64,000 bases of DNA from assembly GCF_032444005.1 (NCBI RefSeq), contig NC_091289.1, positions 17,298,001 through 17,362,000 of the forward strand. Direction: 5' to 3'. The notes under the pieces were generated by a model. The model saw nothing but the letters and a program-made list of their open reading frames with translations, did not search any database and was not told the origin of the DNA. Both the position numbers and the translations under genes were made by a program. Source of the stretch: Ranitomeya imitator (taxonomy: Eukaryota). Shown here in pieces: positions 1 through 11,988 of this stretch (positions are counted from its first letter, which is position 1; every line of letters begins with the position of its first letter).

Positions 1-1664
1 ATTTCTATAAGACTGGGGAGTCCATCACTCCTCTGTGGGTCATTTGCATTTAAGCTGTTCCATCCAGCATGTCCACACGGATATTCCTTCTCTGAACCCT
101 GCTCATACAGGTACTATACAGATGATCAGGTTTTAAATACATCAGATAGGGATTATATACATTAGGTAGGACTGCTCTATATGGGTATACCTTGGCGATT
201 GGTGGAGCAGCTTAGTATACATTTTTTTGCAAAAAAAACGTATCAACTAAATACCCTGTTTTTTTCCATCTTTTGACTAGCACTTGCTTATTAGTGTGAT
301 TTTTTTACAACAGATTATTTTTGACCTCACTGTGCTCTTTTGTGTCTTCAAGTTTTTTTGGTGGTGTGAACAGGCTCCTACAGACTTGTTCGATGTGCAA
401 GTAGCCCATGTGTCTCTGATACATACAGATATGTACACACAGAGGACATACAGACACACAGATAGATATGATCGCTGGACAGACAGACACATTCTGTAGA
501 ATTCTTAACAGTCTGTCTCCTCTTCCTCAGTTCTTTTAAACTCCTGCAGAGTAGAAGACATGAGGTGACATCACAGCCACATGACTGATGTCACCACAGG
601 TCCTGAAGCAGGATTCAGTGAATGCAGCAAACCCTGTGGGCCCTTAGCGGAGTGGGGGTCCTGGGCAACTGCTCAGTTCTCTTCCTCCCAATGTTGACCC
701 TGCACTTCATAGACCCGGAGGAGGGCTGGCTTAGCTATTGTAATGAGCCGATCAGCCAGCCTCCTCCACACACAGCACTGAGAATGCAGTCTAGTGTTAA
801 AGGCCCCATGGCAGGACATGTTTGTGTACTTTTATCCAACTATTGTATTGCAGCCATATTACAGACCCCAAAACGTGGACATATAATGGTGAAAGGACAC
901 AGGCCCAATACGAGATGGCAGAGCACCGACTTATTGAGACAAGACAGAACAAATGTTTATAGAAGAGTTTTGCTTTTTTGTGCAATATTATATATTATAG
1001 CATTTATATTTACACACATGCTGTTATATATATTACATTTAGCATTTTTTATGCCCCCTGATGTGTGATTTAGGCCAGTTGTATAAGGGATGCTTTTAAT
1101 TCCCGGCTTTTACAGTCAGCCCCAGTAATTGTTCCCCAGGCCCTGAAGGTCACCTTGGTAGTGAGCGCAGCACATGCAGACAGAGGCCGCCCATTCATCC
1201 TCTGAACACGAACCATTTACAGACTGGACCCATCATATTGGTGTAATGAGTCAGAAACGTGTCAATTTCCATATACTCCCCGGAGAGAGAATGAATACAC
1301 AATTATGCCCCATCGTGCCTTATGTCTGCATTAGCCTTGATCCAGCTGAGAGAAGCCAAAACCAAAAGAGCAGGGAGTGTAACCCACCACCGGGCACAAA
1401 GCACTTCTGTAAGGAGCGCACTACAGAATAATCCCTACGGTTAATGCCCTGTAAATAGTCTTAATGGGTTGGGATTCGGGGTGGATGAGAGGGGCCAAAA
1501 TATCACAAATCATATACGGCTGTGCAGCTGTCACATAATGCTCTAAAAACAGAGAAAAAGGAGAAGTACTAACAATCAATAAAAAGCTGAAATTGCAGCT
1601 TTGTAAAATTTGCCCCAATTAATGGCCACATTCACATACAATCAGCGCAGCCACAGACTGAGTG

Positions 1665-2325
1665 TAAGGGGAACCACACCTGTCCGTCGGTCCCCCCAAA
1701 GGCTACATCTGTCCGAGAGGCCTCCCAATAGGCCACACCTGTCTGGAGGCCCCCAAAAGGCCCCACCTGTCCTGAGGCCCCCAAAAGGACACACTTGTCC
1801 AGAGGCCCCCAAAAGGACACACTTGTCCAGAGGCCCCCAAAAGGCCCCACCTGTCCTGAGGCCCCCAAAAGGACACACTTGTCCAGAGGCCCCCAAAAGG
1901 ACACACTTGTCCAGAGGCCCCCAAAAGGACACACTTGTCCAGAGGCCCCCAAAAGGACACACTTGTCCAGAGGCCCCCAAAAGGACACACTTGTCCAGAG
2001 GCCCCCAAAAGGACACACTTGTCCAGAGGCCCCCAAAAGGACACACTTGTCCAGAGGCCCCCAAAAGGACACACTTGTCCAGAGGCCCCCAAAAGGACAC
2101 ACTTGTCCAGAGGCCCCCAAAAGGACACACTTGTCCAGAGGCCCCCAAAAGGACACACTTGTCCAGAGACCCCCAAAAGGACACACTTGTCCGGAGGCCC
2201 CCAAAAGGACACACCTGTCTGGAGGCCCCCAAAAGGACACACTTGTCCAGAGGCCCCCAAAAGGACACACCTGTCCAGAGACCCCAAAGGCCACATGTAC
2301 GGAGGCACCAAGGGCCACATCTGTA
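1665..2325. repeat. 28-bp minisatellite, about 23 copies (AGGCCCCCAAAAGGACACACTTGTCCAG)
   Basis: Period of 28 read directly (AGAGGCC at 1801 and 1829); homogeneous core with diverged edges; explains the repetitive ORFs at 1610-2431. Confidence 0.95.
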
Positions 2326-2378
2326 TGGAGTATGGTTAAGAAAGCACAGAATCAGACCCTGGTATGAATGCAATAAAG

Positions 2379-2532
2379 AGGACACAATTATGGAGGAACA
2401 GATGATGACACAGTTATGGAGGAACAGATGATGACACAGTTATGGAGGAACAGATGATGACACAGTTATGGAGGAACAGATGATGACACAGTTATGGAGG
2501 AACAGATGATGACACAGTTATGGAGGAACAGA
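2379..2532. repeat. 26-bp tandem repeat, about 5.5 copies (GATGATGACACAGTTATGGAGGAACA)
   Basis: Unit recurs at 2401, 2427 and onward. Confidence 0.93.
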
Positions 2533-4269
2533 CACTGGGTGTGCTGAGGACGCTTTAATAACTCTGAAGCGATTGTGACATAACGTTCTTGGGACACTCC
2601 GCATACAGTAATGGTGGCAGAGATGCTCGCACTGCTATAAAGGAAGCTGTGGTGGCACTTATGGGGGCACTCTGCCAGGCTGGTCATATTATAGGGGCAC
2701 ATATGAGGGCACTGTACTGACGAGCTATGACCGGCCCGGTCACTGAGGGCACCGAGGCCGACGCTGCTATTAGTAGACTGGACATGTGCACAGAGGGCAT
2801 ACACAACCACTGTGCCCGGTGTGACATTCCAGGTTTACGCACGCCGTGCTTCTTCCTCCGCTATAAGTACATACAGTATTAATCAGAGGAGACAGATAGT
2901 GGAGAGCAGTCTGGATACGGACGCGCAGACCGGTGGATTTTCCCGCTGAATTGACATGTCAGCCATATCTGCCGCAGTATACGGTCCCCGTGATTAGGAC
3001 CCTGCGGATTTCACCCCCCAAAGAGCCGGAAAAGCTTGTGTATCACACAAATCTGTTATTATGCAGCTCTGATCCCTGGGGCCCAGGGTGTAAACTTTCA
3101 AGACTTGGAAGAAGGTGAAGCAATTCTGAAACCCGGCCCGAGACGCCTTACATAACCGAACGCTCCTCACTTTTATAAAAAAGCCTAGTTAACCCCTCGT
3201 GGTCCAGTGAGCCTGCCGATTACACAGATCTCAGCAGTATCACAAGGTCGGCCTCCAGTAATCTGGCAGCCATAGTATATCCTGATATCTTAAGCCAAAG
3301 ATGATGGATTTTTACAAAGCACCTTAGATAAGTGGCGATAAAGTAGCCTGGCACGGAATCACATGTGTCATTGGTGAGCTGTGGTTGATATCTGTCAATC
3401 AAATGATCTTTTGGCCAATAGTTGGCTTATACCTATGACCACTTTACCTACAGGTGGTCCCTGGGTGGGGGTGGGCTGGTCAACATTAATGATGGCATCC
3501 TGCCTGGCTACAATAAAATGTCTCCTTTAACTTAAATCTCTGCAAAATCAGTAATAGACCCCCACCTACCAAGTGCCATTTAACCGTCATACGAGTGACC
3601 GTCGTGGTTAATACTACGGTCAACAGAGAAGTTTGGCGTCTGGATGAACCCTGTACGTCGTGGTCCAGCTGAACTGTATTATCAGTGTTTATTTTGGGCG
3701 GCCTATCTGCAGTGAATGGGCAGAGTGGGTGTAATATGGAATCACACCGCAGACCGCGGGGCGGACATTCCACCAAATTCACAATGCCGACAGGCACCCA
3801 AGGACAGCAGGTTTCATTAACCCCTTGATTAACAACAATTAAAAAACAAATCTGGACAGCATCAATCATCCAAACATACTTCTGCCTATACTCCAGCTCA
3901 TCTTGGGGGTAGCAGGTGTGGTGCCGGATTACAGCAGTTGCGTACTGCCTCTGGGATGTGCTGGCGATATGTGCAGTGCAGGTACCATACAGGCAGAGAT
4001 TGGAACTAGCAAGATGTCCAGAAATTGGGAAAGGGGGTAGGCTGCAAAATATGTACTCTGTCACCCATACACATAAGGCGCTCTTCACACATTCATTTAA
4101 TGGATGCCATTTAGTGAGATTTTTTTTTATTGGCTGTCTTTTTAGTGACTGGTGTGATCTATTGACCTGTACTATATATTTTTTGGAACGTGTTGCCATT
4201 TATTGACCATAAAGACATGAAAAGGGACACCATTAGGCTAAACTAACTTTTTTTATTTTTATTTTAACG

Positions 4270-5336
4270 GCCTTCGTCTCGATCTAGAGCCATGGTGATT
4301 TGATGGATGAACGTTCTGTAGGAAGATCGACCTTGTGCAGCCTAGATAGGTCCACCAGGGTCTTCTCCATCATTATCTTGATTGTATCGAGTCATCGTGT
4401 TGCTAGTCTTCCTCTTCGCCTTGTTCCTTCTATTCTTCCGACCATGATGTCCTTCTCCAGTGATTGCTCTCTTCGTATGATGTTTCCACAGTAGACAAGT
4501 CCTAGCTTGGTCCTTTCTCCGAGTGTCATGTCCGGCTTGATTTGTTCTAACACTGATTTGTTTGTACTTCTTGCCATCCATGGTATTGATAACATCCTTC
4601 TCCATCACCACATTTTGAAAGACGCTGATTCTCCTTCTGTCTTGTTTCTTTATCATCCAGGTTTTCCATCTGTATGTCACCACAGAAGAGACCAGACTAT
4701 GTAAAGAGCCGGGTTTTTGTCGCCGGTGAAATGTTCCTCGATTTGAAGATCTTGTCCAGTGACTCCATTGTTGATTTGCCCACAGCTATTCTCTTATTGA
4801 CTTTCGATGTCGTCGCTGCATCTTGAGTGATCGATCCAAGTAGGTTGAAGCCCTTCACAACTTCTTTCATCGCCGTCCATCTAAAATGTTTCCTGGTTGT
4901 ACCTGCCAATATCTTTGTCTTCCTTGTGTTGAGTAGCAGCCCCATGCTCGAGCTTTCCATCTTGAGACTCCAAAATAAGTCCTTCATTCCATCTACACTT
5001 GTTGCTACCAATGTTGTATCTTCTGCGTTTTCAAGATTGTTGACGATTCATCCAGCAATTTTGATTCCTTCTTTTTCGGCAAGTCCAGCCTTCCTGAAAA
5101 TAGCTTCTGCATATAAATTGAAGAGAATTGGTGACCGGACACAGCCTTGTCTATCATCTCCCTCTACTTTGCACCATGCCGAGTCGCCATGTCCCATTCG
5201 AACTGTTGCTTTTTGGTCAATGTAAAGGTTCCTAATGAGGCTGATCGGATGGTTCGGCACACCCGGATCCTTCATGGTGTTCCAAAATTTCTGGGGTTCA
5301 ACATAGTCGAAGGCTTTGCTGTATACGATGAAGCAA
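4270..5336 (-). mobile_element. 5'-truncated, decayed RTE-clade LINE (BovB-like) covering the RT domain to the 3' end
   Basis: Minus-strand fragments read FCFIVYSKAFDYVEPQKFWNTMKDPG, RQGCVRSPILFNLYAEAIFRKAGL, GIKIAG..NNLENAEDTTLVA and GRIEGTRRRGRLATRW, matching RTE/BovB ORF motifs; many stops and frameshifts. Confidence 0.88.
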
Positions 5337-7513
5337 AAACAGAGTAACCAATAATAATAAAAAAAAAAAACTAACTCTAAGAACCAGTGTTATAAATGAA
5401 CTGATCTTGAAAACTGATAGCATAGCCTTGGATTATAGTATTATAAATGTAAAAAAGTATGAAAAAAGTAAAAAGGTTCCCCCTCTACGGCGCATAAAAG
5501 TGCTCAAATTATATTTCACTTAATTCCACTCATTAAACGCGTCATTCTGAAACCATAAACCAAAAATAAAAATGGGAACAGACATGAAAGCGACCACAAC
5601 AAGCCCACCGAAAACAATGCCCTCGTGACAAGTGCGAATACTTTTCCAACTCCTTCATTCTTGTACTGTATTACAGCGAATCACGGGGACTCCCCGGGTC
5701 TTGAAACAAGATCAATAAATGACGAATATTACTTAAAAAGGGCAAATATTGTAAAAGCAACTCAAATAATCCACGACTCAGCCGTGTTCTCAGCCAAAAA
5801 ATGTCTTACGGGGATGATCTTAAAAGGACAGGAGCTAGGAGGTCCGATCGGCCAATTTTCTTGGGTCTCCAATTGTGTATGTAACAGACAGTGGGGCTGA
5901 ATACAAGATTAGATTTTAATCAAGAATACGCTCCAAAGATGCATATTTAAAGACCCTCCAACCCTCCTCCGGGGGTATTCTCACATTACATTTGTGGCAA
6001 ATTCAGTTAATGGTATAGTCGGAGACTCGGAGGACTATTGGGGGTTATATTAGCTAAATGTACTCCCAAGATTGGGAAGTGGGAGATAAAATGCAATAGT
6101 CAATCCAGGAGTAGACAGACCGAAGAGGCCCCTGTGTAAGATCAGTATATGGGCCCCCTGCAGCCCAATAGCTCATCATAGTGCACAATTCCACCTGCTT
6201 TGGAGGTGGACCCCCATTGCTTTAAGGCCCATGTGCTACTGACACCAATGTCCGCCCCTGGGTCAATCGAAATATTAATCTGTTGCACTGGTCAAGTTGC
6301 TCCAAATTTGACAAGTGTTCCAATATTTGTAATTGTTGGCTGGCTAAAGGGGCGCACGCTGCAAAGGGTTTGAGGCAAACAAGCATTCCTGACGGGTTTG
6401 CATGTGTTTTTTTTTTAATGGGAAAGAAGCTGATAGAAACCTGGTGGCGGCTCTTCTCCCTAGGGAACAAAGAGATCAGGCATATTGAAATTCATATGCC
6501 CGACCACCAACTGTCGGGGTTAGTTGTTAATTAAAATAGTTGGCCTGAATGGTTAAAATCGGTAAGATCAGTCACCTTTTCTCTAATGTGTATGGTTCAC
6601 TGTGGACAATACCTTTTTTATAGATGCCAAAGTGGCTATTGTTATCGGTTATAATCTGTGGGAATATTTGGAACCTGTAAACAAGTGTTTGCTTTCCTGC
6701 AGCGCCTCCGCAGGTGATGTAAAGCATTACAGAATTCCTATTGAAATCAATGTGCAGTCTATGGAATGTATGGACATGCTGGGTCCTCCAAATTTAGAGA
6801 TGCTCTTTGTATCTGATAGGTTCTGAATGGAGGACCCTTTCTCTGATGATCCAAAAATTCTTAACACTTTTGTGTTTGGGAGAGATTTCATCTTTGTGGC
6901 GGCCACTGTGGAGGAAACCTCTCTGTGATCATGTTGAGAGTAGAAGACAAAGAAGAATATTCTTAAAGCAAATGAATCTCAACATGGAGGAACCCTAAAC
7001 ACCTGCTTTAATAGAGTGCATGGGGCAGACGCTAGTTTAGGTTCCCCCCTTCCTTCGGAGGTGACTCTAGTTAAGCTGTTCCCATGGCTGATAACCCTAC
7101 ACATTGCATTAATGGCCGATATTTTTAGATAACGGCTCATTAAACATTATTTAAATTTACTCCCTATGTAGACAAAGGATTTTGTGATACTAATCATGTG
7201 TGATGACTTAACATCGATTTACTGAGATCTGCATCTTGATGATGCCTGCTGTGCTCATGAGGAGCCTTCGGTGGCTTCTCCTACGACTTGAGAATTTTGC
7301 AATCTCACGAATATTCCCATAAACAAAGGCAAGGAAAAGGAAAAATGTCTACAAGTGGACAAAGGTTTCCTGAAGAATATGATTCCAACGCTGCCTGGCA
7401 CCAAATTAGGACACTGTATAGAGAGCCTACTAAGGGGTCTTATCCCAAGGGTAGGTGAAGATGGAGTTGGCAGAATTGAGGGCTACATTGAACGGAAGGA
7501 AGAGTTGGTTTTG

Positions 7514-8316
7514 CTAGAGATGCCCATGAGTGTTTCTTGGTCTCTAGACTTTGCCCATGAGTGTTTATTGGTCTCTAGGCTTTGCCCATGAGTGTGTTCC
7601 TTGGTCTCTAGACTTTGCCCATGAGTGTTTCTTGGTCTCTAGACTTTGCCCATGAGTGTGTTTCTTGGTCTCTAGACTTTGCCCATGAGTGTTTCTTGGT
7701 CTCTAGGCTTTGCCCATGAGTGTGTTCCTTGGTCTCTAGACTTTGCCCATGAGTGTTTCTTGGTCTCTAGACTTTGCCCATGAGTGTTTCTTGGTCTCTA
7801 GACTTTGCCCATGAGTGTGTTCCTTGGTCTCTAGACTTTGCCCATGAGTGTTTCTTGGTCTCTAGGCTTTGCCCATGAGTGTGTTCCTTGGTCTCTAGAC
7901 TTTGCCCATGAGTGTTTCTTGGTCTCTACACTTTGCCCATGAGTGTGTTCCTTGGTCTCTAGACTTTGCCCATGAGTGTTTCTTGGTCTCTAGACTTTGC
8001 CCATGAGTGTTTCTTGGTCTCTAGACTTTGCCCATGAGTGTGTTTCTTGGTCTCTAGACTTTGCCCATGAGTGTTTCTTGGTCTCTAGACTTTGCCCATG
8101 AGTGTGTTCCTTGGTCTCTAGACTTTGCCCATGAGTGTTTATTGGTCTCTACACTTTGCCCATGAGTGTTTATTGGTCTCTAGACTTTGCCCATGAGTGT
8201 GTTCCTTGGTCTCTAGACTTTGCCCATGAGTGTTTATTGGTCTCTAGGCTTTGCCCATGAGTGTGTTCCTTGGTCTCTAGACTTTGCCCATGAGTGTTCC
8301 TTGGTCTCTAGACTTT
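7514..8316. repeat. 31/33-bp minisatellite, about 25 copies (CATGAGTGT[GT]TTCTTGGTCTCTAGACTTTGCC)
   Basis: Direct tandem units that differ by a GT indel. Confidence 0.95.
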
Positions 8317-8849
8317 CAGTACCTATCAGAAGACCCAGATCTTGATTAGGGCAATCAATGCTCAGTGTAGGCTCCAGTAATGAAGACCTCTGTAACCTCC
8401 TGTTCTGTTGGAGAGCTGGGACTTGTGATGCATCATTCTTCTTCTGCACTTCTGGAACTAGGTGACCTCTAGGCAATGAGGACCCCAAACATCACAATGG
8501 ATAACCTTACATGTATCATAGACATTCCAAAGTAATTATATGGCAAATATCATGGAAATTGTTGCCCAATCTATGCAAATAAACTCTCCTCCAAAAAGAG
8601 AAAGAACCCTACAGGGCGCACTAGAGTTTACTTCCTTCTGGAGGAGAGCCAATTTGCATGCATTATTAATCTGGACCATTGCTTGAGAGACTCCATATAC
8701 TAACTGGATCTCTAGTACCCTTCCACACACACATTAATGTCAGCTGAACCCACCGATTTCAGAGGTGACGGAGTTGACGATGTAATGTAACAACACCTTA
8801 TCCTTTCTTCCTCCAGGATATAAGTTGCTACTAGAGGTAAGCGACTCTC

Positions 8850-8990
8850 CCCATAAAAACAAGTACACACTTGGCCAAACCGAGGAGGTGGTGGACCCAC
8901 GCAAAGATGGGGAAAACATAAGAACACCATGCATGGATCCAAACCGAAGACTTACAAGCAGCAAGGCAACAGTGATAACCACTGAGCCAC
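8850..8990 (-). mobile_element. Decayed tRNA-derived SINE 5' fragment
   Basis: Reverse complement reads GGTGGCTCAGTGGTTATCACTGTTGCCTTGC...ATGTTTTCCCCATCTTTGCGTGGG, homologous to the SINE at 27620-27845. Confidence 0.7.
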
Positions 8991-9471
8991 CATCCTGCCT
9001 AGGAACATAAGAGATAAGAAACCAAGATATCCAAGTAACTTCATGGTCCTACTGTCGCGGATAAGAGTTCTAGAGTGCTGCCTTGTTTTCCCATTTGCCC
9101 CCGCTCCTCTAATCTGTCATACTCTTACGGTCACATTGACTAACACCCTTCAATGGTGCATGACCTTGGGCTATCCCTGTCATTGTATATACCCTCAGCC
9201 AAGTCCACAAAATACATTTATTTTTCCTAAAAAAAATGTGCCTTGCCCGTCGGCTTTCTAGGGCACATCCTCTTGCAGATCCAATTTACGTTCTGCAAAC
9301 GCAGTAGTTATGATAACGTTAGTAAACAACTAAATTAAATCACATACTCAGATAACAGTTTGCCCCCCGGAGGGGCAGTGCCAGGCAGTGAAACATGGAG
9401 ATACCAAGCAGTCAGAAGGTTCTTGTTAGATTCCATCCTGTGGTCTCGGCTGTAAACCTACAAACAGGTAC

Positions 9472-9537
9472 CGGAGGCCGTTTGCTTGAACAAAGCTCTG
9501 CGGGCTCCCAGGAGCTGTATGACTCGGCCTCTACAAG
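9472..9537 (-). CDS. Candidate internal exon (66 nt, phase 1-1; CRGRVIQLLGARRALFKQTAS), product unknown
   Basis: Strong acceptor (T)18-ACAG; weak donor G|GTACCT (otherwise reads on to TAG at 9458-9460); phase-compatible with 9860-9932; no homology recognised. Confidence 0.3.
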
Positions 9538-9859
9538 CTGTAAAAAAAAAAAAAAAAAAGACCAATTTGCCAATAAAAGCCTTTTACTGCAACTCCACCA
9601 TGCATTTCTGTTCCACAGTGAATATTTAAAGGGGACCTCCCCACCCCCATCCCCTGTCCTCTGCAGACCACAGGATGCATTTTACATTTTCCCCTCCACT
9701 CACGAACCTAAATGTCTATTATTTCGACCGCTTTTGTGCGCAGACAAAACCTTTTGTGCGAGTTGATCCCGCGCTCGGCTCATCATTTATCAGTTCATTT
9801 TGCAGCCGTCAATGACATTTCAGCCGCTGCTTGTTCTAGAGGGTTCTGGAAATATTCAC

Positions 9860-9932
9860 CCACCACTGGAGCTTTCTGGTGGCCGCAGGAAGCAGCCCAG
9901 GTCCCATATCGCAGAGTAAAGGCTTTATCAAC
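9860..9932 (-). CDS. Candidate internal exon (73 nt; VDKAFTLRYGTWAASCGHQKAPVV), product unknown
   Basis: Polypyrimidine tract TTTCTTCTTTCCTCGTGAAG acceptor and G|GTGAAT donor; open frame joins 9472-9537. Confidence 0.3.
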
Positions 9933-10004
9933 CTTCACGAGGAAAGAAGAAATTTTGCATATAGTCTTCATTAAAAATTTATTGAATTTTTAAGCTAATT
10001 TCTG

Positions 10005-10170
10005 CTTCTCCATGGTAACAGACAACAAACATATTCCCTCCGCATACTTGTAGATTACCAGAAAGTCAGAAAGTAAGGGACTGAAGGAAAGGAGTGTATG
10101 ACTGCAGGACCAGGAATTGTTTGCAGGTGGTCTGTTACCATGGGAACATATAGGTTTGCATTGAAGCTGT
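10005..10170. mobile_element. Palindromic non-autonomous DNA element (MITE) with CCATGGTAACAGAC arms
   Basis: CTCCATGGTAACAGAC near 10010 is inverted as GTCTGTTACCATGG near 10130; same motif family at 14738-14910 and about 44040. Confidence 0.65.
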
Positions 10171-11157
10171 AACACAAAACAAAAAATATATATATACACA
10201 CAGTGGAACTTTACCCTTTGCACTATCCAACCACCGCTACGGGTTTTTCTACCCAAAACACTTAAAAGTTATTCTTTTTATTATTTATGTGGCCATTTTT
10301 GGAGAACTATCCAAGAAGTGTTTAGTAAAAAAAAAAATACCGTATATAAGAATGGCAGACTGTGTACAGTCATCTTATTGATAAGGGGTATTGTAACACA
10401 CAGCTGTCAATTAATAATGAATTTCCAGGAGGAATAACAGAGGAACAACAAAATGCATAGTTCTAAAAATAAAAAATAAATAAATAAAAGCTGCTCAATA
10501 ATTGCTATTTCATTAGGAATAAAGTCACTTACTAAAACAGGAACGTCATGAGCTGGGGGTCTCTAGATAAGCCCTTGTTTTGGCAGAATAAATGGCCTAT
10601 ATAGCAGGACGGCAGTGGAGATATCCCCATGTGAAGTAGATCGCTCGCCTCTAGGGTCTATTGGTATATGGTCGATCTAGATGGAAGGAGGTGGAAGGAA
10701 TAGTAGTCATAATGTACCATTATGTGTTCCAAGAGTTAATAGAAACACCTGGTGGAAACCCATAGAAGTACAGGGTGACAATACCCGACCCTACACATAC
10801 AGTTCCCACTTATAGGAATATTTTTTTTTTTTATTTTCCCATAATTCTTTCCTTTTTTTTTCTATTCTTTATTTAAATTTTCAAATTTAAAGAACAAAAA
10901 AAAAAAAACAACATTTCCACAATTCTTTCCTAGGAAGAATGTTTACATTTATGTTCCGGAATTTATTTTCAAATAATGTAAACATTCAAACAAGACACAC
11001 AAAAAAAAAAGTTCCATAATGGTAACAAGCAGAGCGCCCCGCTCTCACCCTACACTCCCCGATCCTCCTGCCTCCTCCCCCAGCAGCTAAGATTTCTCCT
11101 TGGCCACATATTCTTTGGCTCCCAGCCCTCCCCCAATTCCCTGCCTTCTCCCCCCAC

Positions 11158-11300
11158 CTCTCCTGTCAAACAGATGGTAGCAGCACAGCCTCCCATTGGA
11201 AGGTGCGAGAGGGCTCCATGGCTGCTTTCAAGGGGAACAAAGCAGGAAAAAAGGTGAACAAGAGTCATGGGGGCCAGCTCTGAGGCTTCCTCCAAAAGAT
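11158..11300 (-). CDS. Weak candidate exon (143 nt, phase 1-0; LLEEASELAPMTLVHLFSCF...CLTGE)
   Basis: Acceptor TTTCGTTTCCTGCTCCTTTAAG and donor GAG|GTGGGG; only one open frame; phase matches 9860-9932; could instead be enhancer DNA. Confidence 0.18.
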
Positions 11301-11659
11301 CTTAAAGGAGCAGGAAACGAAATGTCTGCAGATAATTAAAAAAAGCAACAATAAAAAATGTCAGAAGTGGAAATATGCCACGAAAGTAAAACAAAACTTT
11401 TCATCAGGAATATCATTGAGTAGCACTAAGAAGGCTGAGGATGGGGAATATAAAATTATATTTAAAGGGGTTAGAGAAACAAGGAAATGTATGCTTTTAA
11501 AAACAGCGCCACACTGATCTACAGGTTGTAAACGGTATTACAATCTCATCTACTGGATAGGTGGTAACTGTTAGATCGGTCAGGGTTACAATGTTGGCAC
11601 CTCCACTGATCATCAATCGCTGTTCTTGCCTGGCACATATGCCCTGCCACTTTATTTAA

Positions 11660-11988
11660 AGGGGTTCTCCACTCAATTGTTAAATTTCGAGCCAGGGTGG
11701 TAAAACAATAATATATATATATATAACATTCATCCATGAACTCAGCATCCAGCTCCATCATTCTCCGCCAGATAGGATCGATGACGTCACTGATCACTAT
11801 TGAAGTGACCGCTGCAGACGATCAGCAGACAGGTATTTGGTGACATCATCACTTCCGGCCAGGCAGAGAGCACCGAAGCAGCTGTGCTGGAACTGGAAGA
11901 CAAGACTAGAAGAATTTTTTTTTTTTTTTTATTGTTTTGCCACCCTGGCTTCCCACTGGAAAATTTAACACATGAGCAGTGAACCCCT
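11660..11988. mobile_element. Kolobok/T2-type MITE
   Basis: TTAA|AGGGGTT...AACCCCT|TTAA, i.e. TTAA target duplication with AGG termini. Confidence 0.8.

Noticed and set aside
1130-1230. Possible minus-strand exon (SVNGSCSEDEWAASVCMCCAHYQ)
   Set aside because: Poor polypyrimidine tract, weak donor and no recognisable homology
1610-2431. Multiple 130-270 aa ORFs in several frames
   Set aside because: Read-through of a stop-poor 28-bp repeat whose length is not a multiple of 3
5560-8850. Possible decayed L1/other retroelement sequence around the 7514 array
   Set aside because: No diagnostic motif could be recovered in any frame
10060-10167. Apparent 108-nt minus-strand exon with good splice signals
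   Set aside because: Overlaps the CCATGGTAACAGAC MITE arm that recurs at 14870 and 44040, so TE-derived; exonisation cannot be excluded
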